Below, one piece after another: positions 17,401 to 26,784 of a DNA stretch of 64,000 bases. The first letter of the stretch is position 1, and every line of letters begins with the position of its first letter. Origin of the DNA: an uncultured Acidobacteriota bacterium. GTDB lineage: Bacteria > Acidobacteriota > Thermoanaerobaculia > Multivoradales > UBA5704. The notes under the pieces were generated by a model. That model made no database searches and was not told the DNA's origin. It saw nothing but the letters and a program-made list of their open reading frames with translations. Both the position numbers and the translations under genes were made by a program. The stretch spans positions 1,504,001 through 1,568,000 of the forward strand of contig CAVYRF010000001.1 of the NCBI GenBank assembly GCA_963770895.1, given 5' to 3'.

Positions 17401-20400
17401 GCGCGGGTGCTCAACCTCTACGGCCCTTCCGAGGACACCACCTACTCGACGTTCGCCGTGGTCTCGCCGGACGGAGAGCTGCCGCCGGCCATCGGCCGGC
17501 CGATCGCCAACACCCAGGCCCATGTGCTGGACCGCGGCAGACGCCAGGTGCCGGCCGGCGTGCCAGGCGAGCTCCATCTCGGCGGAGAGGGTCTGGCGCG
17601 CGGCTACCACGGGCGGCCGGATCTCACGGCGGAGCGGTTCGTGCCGGACCCGTTCGCGACGGGAGCGCGGCTCTACAGGACCGGGGACCTGGCCCGCTGG
17701 CGGCCGGACAGGGAGCTCGAGTTCCTCGGCCGCATCGATCATCAGGTGAAGATCCGCGGCGTCCGCATCGAGCCGGCGGAAGTGGAATCGGCGCTGCTCT
17801 CGCGGCCGGGAGTGCGCGAGGCGGTGGTCCTGCCGCAGGGGGAGGGTAGCGACCGGCGCCTCATCGCCTATGTCGTCGCCGAGACCGGTGCGGAGCTGGA
17901 CGAGGGCGCCCTCCGCGAGTCGCTCCTCGGGCTCCTGCCGCGGGCCATGGTGCCCGCGGCGATCGTGCCAGTTCCCGGGCTGCCGCTCACTCCGAACGGC
18001 AAGCTGGACCGCCGCGTCCTGGCGCGGCTCGCCCCGGAGCCATCGGCAGGTGGAGGAGGGGAGCCCGCGGCGCCGCGCTCGCCGGTGGAGGAGCTGCTCG
18101 CCGGCATCTGGACGGAGGTCCTCGGGGTCGAGCGGGTAGGGGCGGGAGACGACTTCTTCGCGCTCGGCGGGCATTCCCTTCTCGCTCCGCGCGTCCAGGC
18201 ACGGGTGCGCGAACGGCTCGGCGCCGAGCTGCCGCTCTCCGTGTTCTTTCAGCATCGCACGCTGGCGGAGCAGGCGCGGCGGCTCGCCGTCCGCAAGGTG
18301 GACGACCGCCCTCCACTTCGTCCGTCGCCGCGGGAGCGGACCGTTTTTCCTCTCTCCTTCGCTCAGGAACGCGTCTGGTTCCTCGAGCGGCTCGAGCCGG
18401 GCACAGCGGTCTATCACATGGCCGGCAGCACCCGCCTGACCGGCCCACTCGATCTCGCGGCGTTACGCCGCGCGCTTTGCGAGCTCGAGCGGCGGCACGA
18501 CGCCCTCCGCGCCCGGTTCCGGGAAGTAGACGAGATCCCGGTCCAGGAGATCGCCCCTGGGGGGCTGGACGGTCCGGAGTTGCCGGTCGTGTGCCTCGGG
18601 GGGTTGGAACCGGCGGCGCAGGAAGCCGAGGCGGAGCGTCTCACCAGAGACGAAGCCCAGCGCCCCTTCGATCTGGAGAACGGGCCGCCGTGGCGGCTCC
18701 TTCTCCTGCGCAAAGATTCCTGCCTTCACGAGCTCCTCATCACTCTGCACCACATCGCCGCCGATGAGGAATCGCTGGTGATCCTGGCGCGGGAGCTGGC
18801 CGCGCTCTATGCCGCCTTCCACAAAGGAAGGCCTCCCAGGTTGCCGGAGTTGCCGCTGCGCTCCGTTGACTTTGCCCTGTGGCAGAGGGAAGGGCTGGTT
18901 GGCGAGGTGCTGGAGAAGCGGCTCGCCTGGTGGCGGGAACGCCTGGCCGATCTCCCCATCATCGAGGTGGCGGCCGACCGTCCTCGTCCTGAGGCGCGGA
19001 GCTCCCGTGGGGATGTGGTCACCACCGTTTTGTCGCCGGCCCTCGCCGATGCCCTCGCTGCTCTGGGCCGCCGGGAGGGCGTCACGTTGTTCATGGTGCT
19101 CCTCGCCGGCTTCCAGGTCATCCTGGAGCGGATCTCTGGCGAGCCTGAGGTGCCGGTCGGCTGTCCGGTCTCCAACCGCGACCGCGAGCCGATCCTCCCG
19201 GTGATCGGTTTCCTGGTCAACACCCTGGTCCTCCGAGCGAGCAGCACAGCGGCCCCAAGCTTCGGCGGATTCCTGCGGCGGGTGCGGGAAGTCACCGTCG
19301 AGACCTTCGAGCATGGTGATGTCCCGTTCGAGCTGCTGGTCCAAGCACTCCAGCCGGAACGGGCTCTCGGCCGCAACCCACTCTTCGAGGTGGCTTTCGC
19401 GCTCCAGCGGCCACCCCATGGCTGGCAGGTCGACGATCTCGCCTTCGCGCCTCGGATCGTGCCGACCAGGACGGCCAAGTTCGCCCTCACCCTGTTCGCC
19501 ATCGCAGAGGAGGGGAAGCTCTCGCTTCTCCTCGAGTACGCGACGGACCTCTTCGACCGGCCGACCCCGGCGCGCCTGCTGGGTTACCTCGAAACGCTGC
19601 TCGCCGTGGCGGCCGCGGAGCCTGCGCGCCCTCTCGCCCTGCTCCCCTTGTTCGCTCCGGCGGAGCAGCAGGAGCTGATCCATCATCCGGAAGCACGGCT
19701 CTTTCGCAAGGTGGCGAGGGCGCGCGTCCCGGAGAGTCGCGGGGAGAATGGGCCGCGCGTCCTGGCCGCTCCGCGGACTCCCACCGAGGAGCGGCTGGTC
19801 GAGATCTGGGCCGGTGTGCTGGAACGCAGGCAGGTGTCGATCCACGACGACTTCTTCAGCCTCGGTGGCCATTCGCTCCTGGCCTCTCGGGTCGTGGCAC
19901 GGATTCGCAAATCCCTGGGCGTCGACCTGCCGCTCTCGATCCTCTTCACCTGTCCGACCATCGCGCGACTGGCCGGCGAGGTCGACCGCGCGCGCCGCGC
20001 TGCCGATGCGGGCGTGACGGAGGTAGAGCCGGTGGCGGCACCCCTCACCTTCCGCTGGGAGGACGGCTCCGCCCCACCGCTTTCCTTTGCTCAGGAGCAG
20101 CTCTGGTTCATTGACCAGCTGGAGCCGGGGAGCCCGGTTTACAACCTCTCCACCGCCGTATGCCTCGATGGGGCTCTCGACCGGAATGCCCTGCGCAGGG
20201 CTCTGGTCCAGGTCGTCGAGCGCCACTCGGTCCTCCGCACGACCTTGCGCGCCTTCGAGGGGCGACCGGTCCAGGTCGTGGCGCCGCATTTCCTCCCCGT
20301 CCTGCACGAGATCGATCTCCTGGATCTCGCTCCCGGAGTGCGGCAGGACGAGGCGGCGCGCCATGTGGCGGCCGGGGCGCTCGCCCCCTTCGACCTTGCC

Positions 20401-22107
20401 GAAGGCCCCCTCTTCCGCGCTTCCTTGCTGCGGCTGGGCGAGAACAGCCACCTCCTGCTTGTCACCTTCCATCACTCCATCACCGACGGCTGGTCGTTGC
20501 GTATCTTCTATGAAGAGCTCGGGGCGCTCTATGCGGCAGTCCATGGGGAGGTGCCGGTCCTCCCGGCTCTGCCGATCCAATACGCCGACTTCGCCTCCTG
20601 GCAGCGTGAGCGGCTTCGCGGCGGCGTGCTCAAGCGCCTGATCGCCTACTGGCGGCAGCGGCTGGCCGGTGCCCCCGCTGTTCTCGACCTGCCGTTCGAC
20701 CGTCCGCGTCCGCCGGTCCAGACCTACGGCGGCACCTCACAACTCCTGGAGATCGGCACCGAGGCCACACAGGCCCTCCGTACCTTCGCCCGCGACGAGA
20801 GCGCAACCCTCTTCATGGCGCTTACCGCCGCGTGGGCGACACTCCTGCACCTGCTGAGCGACGAGGAGGACGTGATCCTGGGGACTCCCACGGCCAACCG
20901 TTCGCTCCCCGAGCTCGAGCCGCTCATCGGCTTGTTCGCCAACACCATCCCCCTGCGCGTTGATCTCTCGGGAGATCCGACATTCCGCGAGCTCGTCGGA
21001 CGGGTCCGGACCGCAGCGCTGGCCAACTTCGCCCATCAGGAGATGCCGTTCGAGAAGATCGTCGAGGAGCTGAAGCCCGAACGCGACCTCAGCCACCATC
21101 CGATCTATCAGGTGGCCTTCGCGCTCGAGACGTCGTCCCGGCCGGACTTCCTGGACCTCCCCGGCCTGCGGATGGCGCCGCTGCCTCCGACCGAGGGGAC
21201 GGCGAAGTTCGACCTCGCCCTCTACATGGACGACCGCGGCGGCCGGCTCGCCGGTCTGTTCGAGACGAACCGCGATCTTCTCGACCGCAGCACGGCCGCG
21301 CGCTGGCTCGGACACTTCACGGCCCTCGCCGCGGCGGGGGCGGCAGATCCGGCGCGGCGCCTCTCGGAGCTGCCGTTGCTCGGCCCGGCCGAGCAGCTCG
21401 AGCTCCTCAGCCGCGTCGGTGAGCGGGTGAAGGTCCGCGGCTACAGGATCGATCCCCGGATCGTCGAGGCCTCCCTCGTCGGCCATCCGGCGGTCGGCTC
21501 CGCGATCGTGATCCGGCGCGCCGATCCGCCCGCGGAGGAGCGGCTCGTCGCCTATGTGACGGTGCGGCCGGAGCGCTCGGCTCCCAGCGGGGGAGAGCTG
21601 CGCTCGTTTCTCGCCGGGCGCCTGCCCGAGTACATGCTGCCCGGCGCGTTTGTCGTCCTCGCCGATCTGCCACGGACCGCCGGCGGTGAGCTCGACCTGG
21701 GCGCCCTGCCTGTGCCGCAGGAGAAGGCCGACCTCGGCGGCGACCCTATGGCGCCGGGTGACGGTGCTGACGGTGCGGGGCGGATCGTCGCCGAGATCTG
21801 GCAGGAGCTCCTGGAGGTCGAGAAGGTCGAGCTGCGCGACAACTTCTTCGCTCTCGGCGGGCACTCGCTCCTGCTTCTCCCAATGCAGGAGCGCCTGCGC
21901 GAGCGGTTCGGAGTCAGTCTGCCGATCATCGAGCTGTTCAAGTTCCCGACCGCGGGCGCGCTCGCCGCACACCTGGCTGCGAGGAGGGCTGCGGAGGCCC
22001 CCCGTCCCCCCGCGAAGACCCTGGACCGCAGCGACGCTTTGCGCCAGGGCCGCGAGCGGCTGAAGCAGCGCGCGGAGCGGCATGCCCGCAAGACAGGAGC
22101 GAGGTAA
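14428..22107 (+). CDS. NRPS1: FAAL C-terminal fragment - ACP - C-A(Ala)-T - C-T - C-Asub-T
   Basis: 'TGRLKDLIILRGRNYYPQDIE..LPKTTSGK' (FAAL C-subdomain); ACP 'LGLDSL'. C motifs HHLVTD, HHIAAD and HHSITDG. One full A domain with code DLFNNALTYK; three GGHSL T domains. Confidence 0.9.
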   Translation: MTGRLKDLIILRGRNYYPQDIERTAARVHPALRPDGGAAFSIEREGTARLVVAQEVEHGRADVPDMAALAEEVRRMVADELEVAVDEVVLLRSGTLPKTTSGKVRRQACREEYLAGRLSVAGRSGLAAGRDLPEDTPTSFGDLGTLDPAAIRALVAAEAARVLGLDPGRLMPDRPLAALGLDSLAAVELKAGLEEKSGVSLSLTRLLSGASLASVAAEVLAGSAVPRQVPELEIGAPLGDHPLSAGQEALWFSDRLAPEAAAYNVATAVHVEGGLDPEALGRSLQALADRHPALRTTFFSQLGEPRQIVHERLAVDFRVEPSGSKGAEIPLVAEAYRPFDLENESLLRVRVWPLEGGGWLLLLVVHHLVTDFWSLGLFVRELAALYGEATGQGPARLAPLPLGYTDYVRWQGNLLAGEQGERLWEHWRQQLSGDLPVLELVTDRPRPAVQTYIGLSRGLRLAPELADRLRALSLASGTTLFVTLLAGFQALLGRCTGQDEVVIGSPTVGRGAAPFLGVMGYFVNPVALRLSSAGDPAWRDLLSFAKAVCLAAFEHRDLPFATLAERLHPERDPSRSPVFQTLFALQKAQRPEERGLAELAAGIERARATLSDLELVAVPLEECRSPFDLTLTAADAEAGLPIVLQVNRDLFDPATAERLLRALENLLYALAEDLDARVSAAEMLGDAERRQCEAWSRTTVELPRGLCLPDLFAAQAERTPGREALVAGSERLTYRELSRRVEILARRLRVLGVGPESRVGVSVGRSADLVVALLAVLRAGGAYVPLDPVQPAERLAWMLQDSGAEVLLVEERLAPGLLAAGVPARCRIVLLDRGAHRSRAQRGIQGRQDPILPGNLAYLIYTSGSTGRPKGVAIEHRSAVTLVQWARQVFTDAELSGVLAATSIGFDLSVFELFVPLCWGGRVILAENALALPGLPAAGEVRLVNTVPSVLAELVRGEDGLELPGSVTTINLAGEPLPRSLVRAIHEKHPAARVLNLYGPSEDTTYSTFAVVSPDGELPPAIGRPIANTQAHVLDRGRRQVPAGVPGELHLGGEGLARGYHGRPDLTAERFVPDPFATGARLYRTGDLARWRPDRELEFLGRIDHQVKIRGVRIEPAEVESALLSRPGVREAVVLPQGEGSDRRLIAYVVAETGAELDEGALRESLLGLLPRAMVPAAIVPVPGLPLTPNGKLDRRVLARLAPEPSAGGGGEPAAPRSPVEELLAGIWTEVLGVERVGAGDDFFALGGHSLLAPRVQARVRERLGAELPLSVFFQHRTLAEQARRLAVRKVDDRPPLRPSPRERTVFPLSFAQERVWFLERLEPGTAVYHMAGSTRLTGPLDLAALRRALCELERRHDALRARFREVDEIPVQEIAPGGLDGPELPVVCLGGLEPAAQEAEAERLTRDEAQRPFDLENGPPWRLLLLRKDSCLHELLITLHHIAADEESLVILARELAALYAAFHKGRPPRLPELPLRSVDFALWQREGLVGEVLEKRLAWWRERLADLPIIEVAADRPRPEARSSRGDVVTTVLSPALADALAALGRREGVTLFMVLLAGFQVILERISGEPEVPVGCPVSNRDREPILPVIGFLVNTLVLRASSTAAPSFGGFLRRVREVTVETFEHGDVPFELLVQALQPERALGRNPLFEVAFALQRPPHGWQVDDLAFAPRIVPTRTAKFALTLFAIAEEGKLSLLLEYATDLFDRPTPARLLGYLETLLAVAAAEPARPLALLPLFAPAEQQELIHHPEARLFRKVARARVPESRGENGPRVLAAPRTPTEERLVEIWAGVLERRQVSIHDDFFSLGGHSLLASRVVARIRKSLGVDLPLSILFTCPTIARLAGEVDRARRAADAGVTEVEPVAAPLTFRWEDGSAPPLSFAQEQLWFIDQLEPGSPVYNLSTAVCLDGALDRNALRRALVQVVERHSVLRTTLRAFEGRPVQVVAPHFLPVLHEIDLLDLAPGVRQDEAARHVAAGALAPFDLAEGPLFRASLLRLGENSHLLLVTFHHSITDGWSLRIFYEELGALYAAVHGEVPVLPALPIQYADFASWQRERLRGGVLKRLIAYWRQRLAGAPAVLDLPFDRPRPPVQTYGGTSQLLEIGTEATQALRTFARDESATLFMALTAAWATLLHLLSDEEDVILGTPTANRSLPELEPLIGLFANTIPLRVDLSGDPTFRELVGRVRTAALANFAHQEMPFEKIVEELKPERDLSHHPIYQVAFALETSSRPDFLDLPGLRMAPLPPTEGTAKFDLALYMDDRGGRLAGLFETNRDLLDRSTAARWLGHFTALAAAGAADPARRLSELPLLGPAEQLELLSRVGERVKVRGYRIDPRIVEASLVGHPAVGSAIVIRRADPPAEERLVAYVTVRPERSAPSGGELRSFLAGRLPEYMLPGAFVVLADLPRTAGGELDLGALPVPQEKADLGGDPMAPGDGADGAGRIVAEIWQELLEVEKVELRDNFFALGGHSLLLLPMQERLRERFGVSLPIIELFKFPTAGALAAHLAARRAAEAPRPPAKTLDRSDALRQGRERLKQRAERHARKTGAR

Positions 22108-22122
22108 AGCAGGAGCTGATCC

Positions 22123-25100
22123 ATGGAGCAGGACATGAATGAGCCGAATGTCGAACAGATCGAACGGACGGACGTGGAGGGGATCGCCATCGTCGGCATC
22201 GCCGCGCGATTCCCGGGCGCACGCAACGCCGCCGAGCTGTGGCGCAACCTGCGTGACGGGATCGCATCGATCTCGTTCTTCAGCGAGGAGGAGCTGGCTG
22301 CGGCCGGAGTGGAGCCCGCGCTGCTGGCCGATCCACGCTACGTGCGGGCCAAGGGCTCCCTGGAGGACGCGGACCTCTTCGACGCAGCCCTCTTCGGCCT
22401 CACGCCGCGCGAGGCCGAGACCATGGATCCTCAGCACCGGATCTTCCTGGAGTGCGCCTGGGAGGCGCTGGAGGATGCGGCTTGCGATCCGGAGCGCTTC
22501 GGGGGCCGCATCGGCGTCTGGGCCGGCTCGGGCTTCAGCTCCTACCTGCTCTCGAACCTCCTGCCCAACCAAGAGAGGATGGAGGGCTTCGGCGCCCTCC
22601 AGGTGGCGCTCCTGAACGACCGCGACTTCCTCGCCACGAGGGCCTCGTACCAGCTGAATCTCAGGGGACCCAGCGTGTCGGTCCAGACCGCCTGCTCGAC
22701 CTCCCTGGTGGCAACTCACATGGCCTGCCAGGGCCTGATCGGGGGTGAGTGCGACATGGCGCTCGCCGGGGGCGTCTCGATCAGCGCGCCGCTGCGCACG
22801 GGCTACCTGTACCAGGAGGGGAGCGTGCTCTCGCCGGACGGCTGCTGCCGCGCCTTCGACGCCTCCGCGGCCGGCACTGTGGAGGGGAACGGCTGCGGAA
22901 TCATCGTCCTGAAGCGGCTTGACGACGCCCTGGCCGACGGCGACCGCATCTACGCGGTGATCCGCGGCTCGGCGGTGAACAACGACGGATCGGCCAAGAT
23001 CGGCTTCACCGCGCCCAGCGTGGAGGGGCAGGCCTCGGCCATTTCCGAGGCCCTGATCACGGCCGGGGTCGATCCCGCGACGATCGGCTACGTCGAGGCC
23101 CATGGCAGCGGCACGCCGCTCGGCGATCCCATTGAGATTGCGGCGCTCACCAAGGCTTTCCGCGCAGCGGGAGCCGAGGGCATGGGCTTCTGCGCCATCG
23201 GATCGATCAAGACCAACTTAGGCCATTGCAACACGGCGGCGGGCGTGGCCGGGCTCATCAAGGCCACCCTGGCGCTGGCGCACGAGACTCTGCCACCCAG
23301 CCTTCACTACGAGAGCCCCAACCCGCAGATCGACTTCGCCGGCAGCCCCTTCTATATCTGCACAGAGGCGCGGCCGTGGACCACCACTGGAGGGCCGAGG
23401 CGGGCCGGCGCGAGCGCGTTCGGCCTGGGCGGGACGAACGCCCATGCCGTGCTGGAGGAAGCGCCCGAGCAGGAGCCGGGCGATCTCCCCTCGCGGCCGG
23501 CACAGCTCCTGGTCCTTTCGGCCCGCACCCCGGCGGCGCTCGACGCGGCGGCGGCCCGGCTGGCGGACCACCTGGAGGCGAATCCGGACGTCGACATCGC
23601 CGACGTCGCGTGGACCCTTCAAGTCGGGCGCAAGGAGCTCGAGCACCGCCGGATCGCCGTGGCCCGCGACCGCGAGTCCGCCAGCTCCGCGCTCAAGGAC
23701 CGTGCCCCCGCCGCCGTCACCGGCAAGCAGGAGGGCGCATGGTCGAGGCCGGTGGTGTTCCTCTTCCCAGGGCTCGGCGACCAGTACGTGGACATGGCGC
23801 GGGAGCTTTACGAGACCGAGGCGCTCTTCCGCGGGCAGGTCGACCTTTGCGCCTCCAAGCTCCAGTCCTGGCTGGGCGCCGACCTGCGCGAGGTGCTCTT
23901 TTCGCCCGGGGAGTGGTCGCTGCCCGCCAAGGCAGCCCCGGACCTGCGCACCATGCTCCGCCGCAACGCGGAGACCTCGCGCCTCGACGAAACCCTGTTC
24001 GCGCAGCCGGCCTGCTTCGTGGTCGAGTACGCCCTGGGCCGTCTGTTGATGGACTGGGGGATCGTGCCGCGGGCCCTGATCGGCTACAGCCTCGGCGAGT
24101 ACGTGGCGGCGTGCCTGTCGGGAGCGCTCTCCCTGGACGATGCCCTGGAGCTGGTGGCGCGGCGGGCGAAGTTGATCCAGGCCCTCCCCGGGGGAGCCAT
24201 GCTTGCGGTGCCCTTGCCCGAGGAGGAGATCCGGCTCCTGCTGGGGGAGGGCCTGTCGCTCTCCGCTACCAACGGCCCGCATTTCTGTGTGGTGGGAGGG
24301 ACCGGCGAGGCGGTGGATACGCTGGACCGGCAACTGGCCGAGCGCGGTGTGAGCTGCCTCCGGCTGCGGACCACGCACGCGTTCCACTCCGCGCTGATGG
24401 AGCCGGCCGTGGCTCCCTTCACGAAGATTGCGTGCAAGGTGCGCATGCAGGCGCCGGCCATCCCCTTTGTCTCCAACGTCACCGGCACCTGGATCACCGC
24501 GGACGACCTCGCCGGCCCCGCCTACTGGGCGCGGCACCTGCGCCATCCCGTACGCTTCGCGGAGGGCATCGGCGAGCTGCTCCAGGAGCCCGAGCACGTT
24601 TTCCTGGAGGTCGGCCCGGGCGCGACCCTGGGTACGCTGGTCAAGCAGCACCCGGCTGCCGTGGCCAACCGGGTCACGGTGCCGACTCTGCGCGCAGGGG
24701 GCTCCGACCTGGAGACCCTGCTGGAGGCCGTGGGCCGGCTCTGGATCGCGGGGACCCACGTCGACTGGGCCCGCTTTCACGGCGGCGAGCGCCGCCTCAA
24801 GGCGCCGCTGCCGACCTATCCCTTCGAGCGCCAGCGCTACTGGATCGATCCGTCGAAGGACTCGGCGAAACCCGCGGCGGCCGCCGGTCCCGCGGCCGAC
24901 CTCGCGGACTGGTTCTGGGTCCCGGCCTGGAAGCAGGTGCCTCGCATGGCCGGCCTCCGGGAGACCCTCCGCTGGCTGGTCTTTCTGGATGAAGCAGGGC
25001 TGGGAGACAGAATCGCGGCGCGGCTGCGTAAGGACGGCCACGAGGTCGTTACCGCGAGGCCGGGCACCGCCTTCGAGGAGATCGGGGAGGGTGCGTTCAC

Positions 25101-26784
25101 CATCCATCCCGCCCGCCGGCAGGACTACGACGCGCTGCTCCGTGGCAGGCCGCCCGGGAAGATCCTCCACCTCTGGGGGATCACGTCCGTGGCGCCCTCC
25201 TTCGCGGCGGCGCAGACGGCGGGGCTCGTCAGCCTGGTGCTGTTGACGCAAGCCCTCTCGGTCGTCGAGAGCGATACTCAGATCCGGCTCACCGTCGCGA
25301 CCAACGGTCTCCACGAGCTGGTGGACGGCGATCCGATCCATCCCGGCAAGGGCACCCTCCTCGGAGCCCTGAAAGTGTTCCACCAGGAGCTGCCGCGCCT
25401 GACCTGCTCCAGTGTCGACGTCGCGCTCTCCGCAGTCGAGCAAGACCGCCTCGTGGAACAGCTCCTGGCCGAGATATCTGGTCCGGCGGAGACGGTCGTG
25501 GCCCTGCGGGGCCGCCAGCGTTGGGTCCGAGGCTTCGAGCCGATGCGTCTCGCCGATGAGGGGTCCAGGCTCGCCGAGGAGGGTGTCTACCTGATCGCCG
25601 GTGCCGCGCATGGTCCCGGCATGGCGATGGCCGAGCATCTGGTGCGCTCGGGAGCCCGGGTCGGGCTGGTCCTGCCGCCGCAGCTTCCGGCACGGGAGCA
25701 GTGGGAGACCTGGAAGGGGCTGCCTGAGCTGCCGCCAGGACAGGACGTGATCGGTGCCGTCATTCTGCGGCTCCTGGCGATCGAGCGTGAGGTGGGGCTC
25801 GACCGGGTCCTGATCCTGCGCTCGGACCCGGCAGCGGCCCTCACAGAGACCCGCGCCCGCTTCGGCCCGATTCATGGCGTCTTCTTCACCGGCGGCATTT
25901 TCGCCGGCGGCCTGATCCAGCTCAAGGCTCCGGAGGCCCTGCAGAAAGCCCTGGCCCCGCTGGCCCGGGAGGCCGAAACGCTCCTCGACGCCGTGGACGC
26001 CGCACCCGAGCCGCCTTCCTTCGTCATGCTGTCTTCCACCGTCCTTGCCGTCACGGGCGGCCTGGGCCAGCTCGAGGTTGCCGCGGCCGGTGGCTTCCTG
26101 GAGGCGCTCGCCGCGTGGCGGAATGCGGAGGGGAAGCCATTCACCGTGGCTGCGCACTGGGATGCTTATCAGTGGGGTGGCTGGCTGGTGACCGGGGTGG
26201 CCGGCGGCATGTCCGGCTTCACTCCGGAAGCGGTGCAGGCGAATCTGGCGACGTACGGCGTCTCGGAGGATCAGAGCGCCGGCGCGATGCGGCGGCTCTT
26301 GGCGAGCTCCCTGCCCCGGGTGATCGTCTCCGCCCAGGATCTCCCCCGTCTGATTGCAGCCGCGGACAGCGTCACCGCGGACACCCTGCTGGCCCAGATG
26401 GCGCCGGCCCACCACGGAGAAAGGGCGCAGAGGCCGGGGCTCTCGACCGCCTATGAGCCGCCGCGGGACGAGCTCGAAGAGAGCCTCGCCGGCATCTGGC
26501 AGGACCTCTTCGGCATCGAGCCCATCGGCCGAGACGACACCTTCCTGGAGCTGGGCGGCCATTCACTCCTCGCCGTCCAGATCGTCACGCAGATCCGGAG
26601 CGTTCTGGAGGTCGACCTGCCGGTGACCACGCTCTTCGAGTCACCGACTGTCACGGAGCTGGCCAAGGCTGTGCGCCGAGCTCGCGGCCAGGGCACCCCC
26701 GTGAACGTGGAGGCGCTGCTCGCCCTGGTCGAGGGGATCTCCCCCGCCGAAGCCGCGCAGAAGCTCGCGGAGCTGGGGGTCTGA
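22123..26784 (+). CDS. Type I PKS module KS-AT-KR(inactive)-ACP
   Basis: KS 'VQTACSTS' (NRPS-accepting type) and HGSGT. AT 'GYSLG' and 'HAFH' (malonyl). KR with GAAHGPG and 'GQLEVAAA' (no catalytic Tyr). ACP GGHSL. Confidence 0.92.
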   Translation: MEQDMNEPNVEQIERTDVEGIAIVGIAARFPGARNAAELWRNLRDGIASISFFSEEELAAAGVEPALLADPRYVRAKGSLEDADLFDAALFGLTPREAETMDPQHRIFLECAWEALEDAACDPERFGGRIGVWAGSGFSSYLLSNLLPNQERMEGFGALQVALLNDRDFLATRASYQLNLRGPSVSVQTACSTSLVATHMACQGLIGGECDMALAGGVSISAPLRTGYLYQEGSVLSPDGCCRAFDASAAGTVEGNGCGIIVLKRLDDALADGDRIYAVIRGSAVNNDGSAKIGFTAPSVEGQASAISEALITAGVDPATIGYVEAHGSGTPLGDPIEIAALTKAFRAAGAEGMGFCAIGSIKTNLGHCNTAAGVAGLIKATLALAHETLPPSLHYESPNPQIDFAGSPFYICTEARPWTTTGGPRRAGASAFGLGGTNAHAVLEEAPEQEPGDLPSRPAQLLVLSARTPAALDAAAARLADHLEANPDVDIADVAWTLQVGRKELEHRRIAVARDRESASSALKDRAPAAVTGKQEGAWSRPVVFLFPGLGDQYVDMARELYETEALFRGQVDLCASKLQSWLGADLREVLFSPGEWSLPAKAAPDLRTMLRRNAETSRLDETLFAQPACFVVEYALGRLLMDWGIVPRALIGYSLGEYVAACLSGALSLDDALELVARRAKLIQALPGGAMLAVPLPEEEIRLLLGEGLSLSATNGPHFCVVGGTGEAVDTLDRQLAERGVSCLRLRTTHAFHSALMEPAVAPFTKIACKVRMQAPAIPFVSNVTGTWITADDLAGPAYWARHLRHPVRFAEGIGELLQEPEHVFLEVGPGATLGTLVKQHPAAVANRVTVPTLRAGGSDLETLLEAVGRLWIAGTHVDWARFHGGERRLKAPLPTYPFERQRYWIDPSKDSAKPAAAAGPAADLADWFWVPAWKQVPRMAGLRETLRWLVFLDEAGLGDRIAARLRKDGHEVVTARPGTAFEEIGEGAFTIHPARRQDYDALLRGRPPGKILHLWGITSVAPSFAAAQTAGLVSLVLLTQALSVVESDTQIRLTVATNGLHELVDGDPIHPGKGTLLGALKVFHQELPRLTCSSVDVALSAVEQDRLVEQLLAEISGPAETVVALRGRQRWVRGFEPMRLADEGSRLAEEGVYLIAGAAHGPGMAMAEHLVRSGARVGLVLPPQLPAREQWETWKGLPELPPGQDVIGAVILRLLAIEREVGLDRVLILRSDPAAALTETRARFGPIHGVFFTGGIFAGGLIQLKAPEALQKALAPLAREAETLLDAVDAAPEPPSFVMLSSTVLAVTGGLGQLEVAAAGGFLEALAAWRNAEGKPFTVAAHWDAYQWGGWLVTGVAGGMSGFTPEAVQANLATYGVSEDQSAGAMRRLLASSLPRVIVSAQDLPRLIAAADSVTADTLLAQMAPAHHGERAQRPGLSTAYEPPRDELEESLAGIWQDLFGIEPIGRDDTFLELGGHSLLAVQIVTQIRSVLEVDLPVTTLFESPTVTELAKAVRRARGQGTPVNVEALLALVEGISPAEAAQKLAELGV

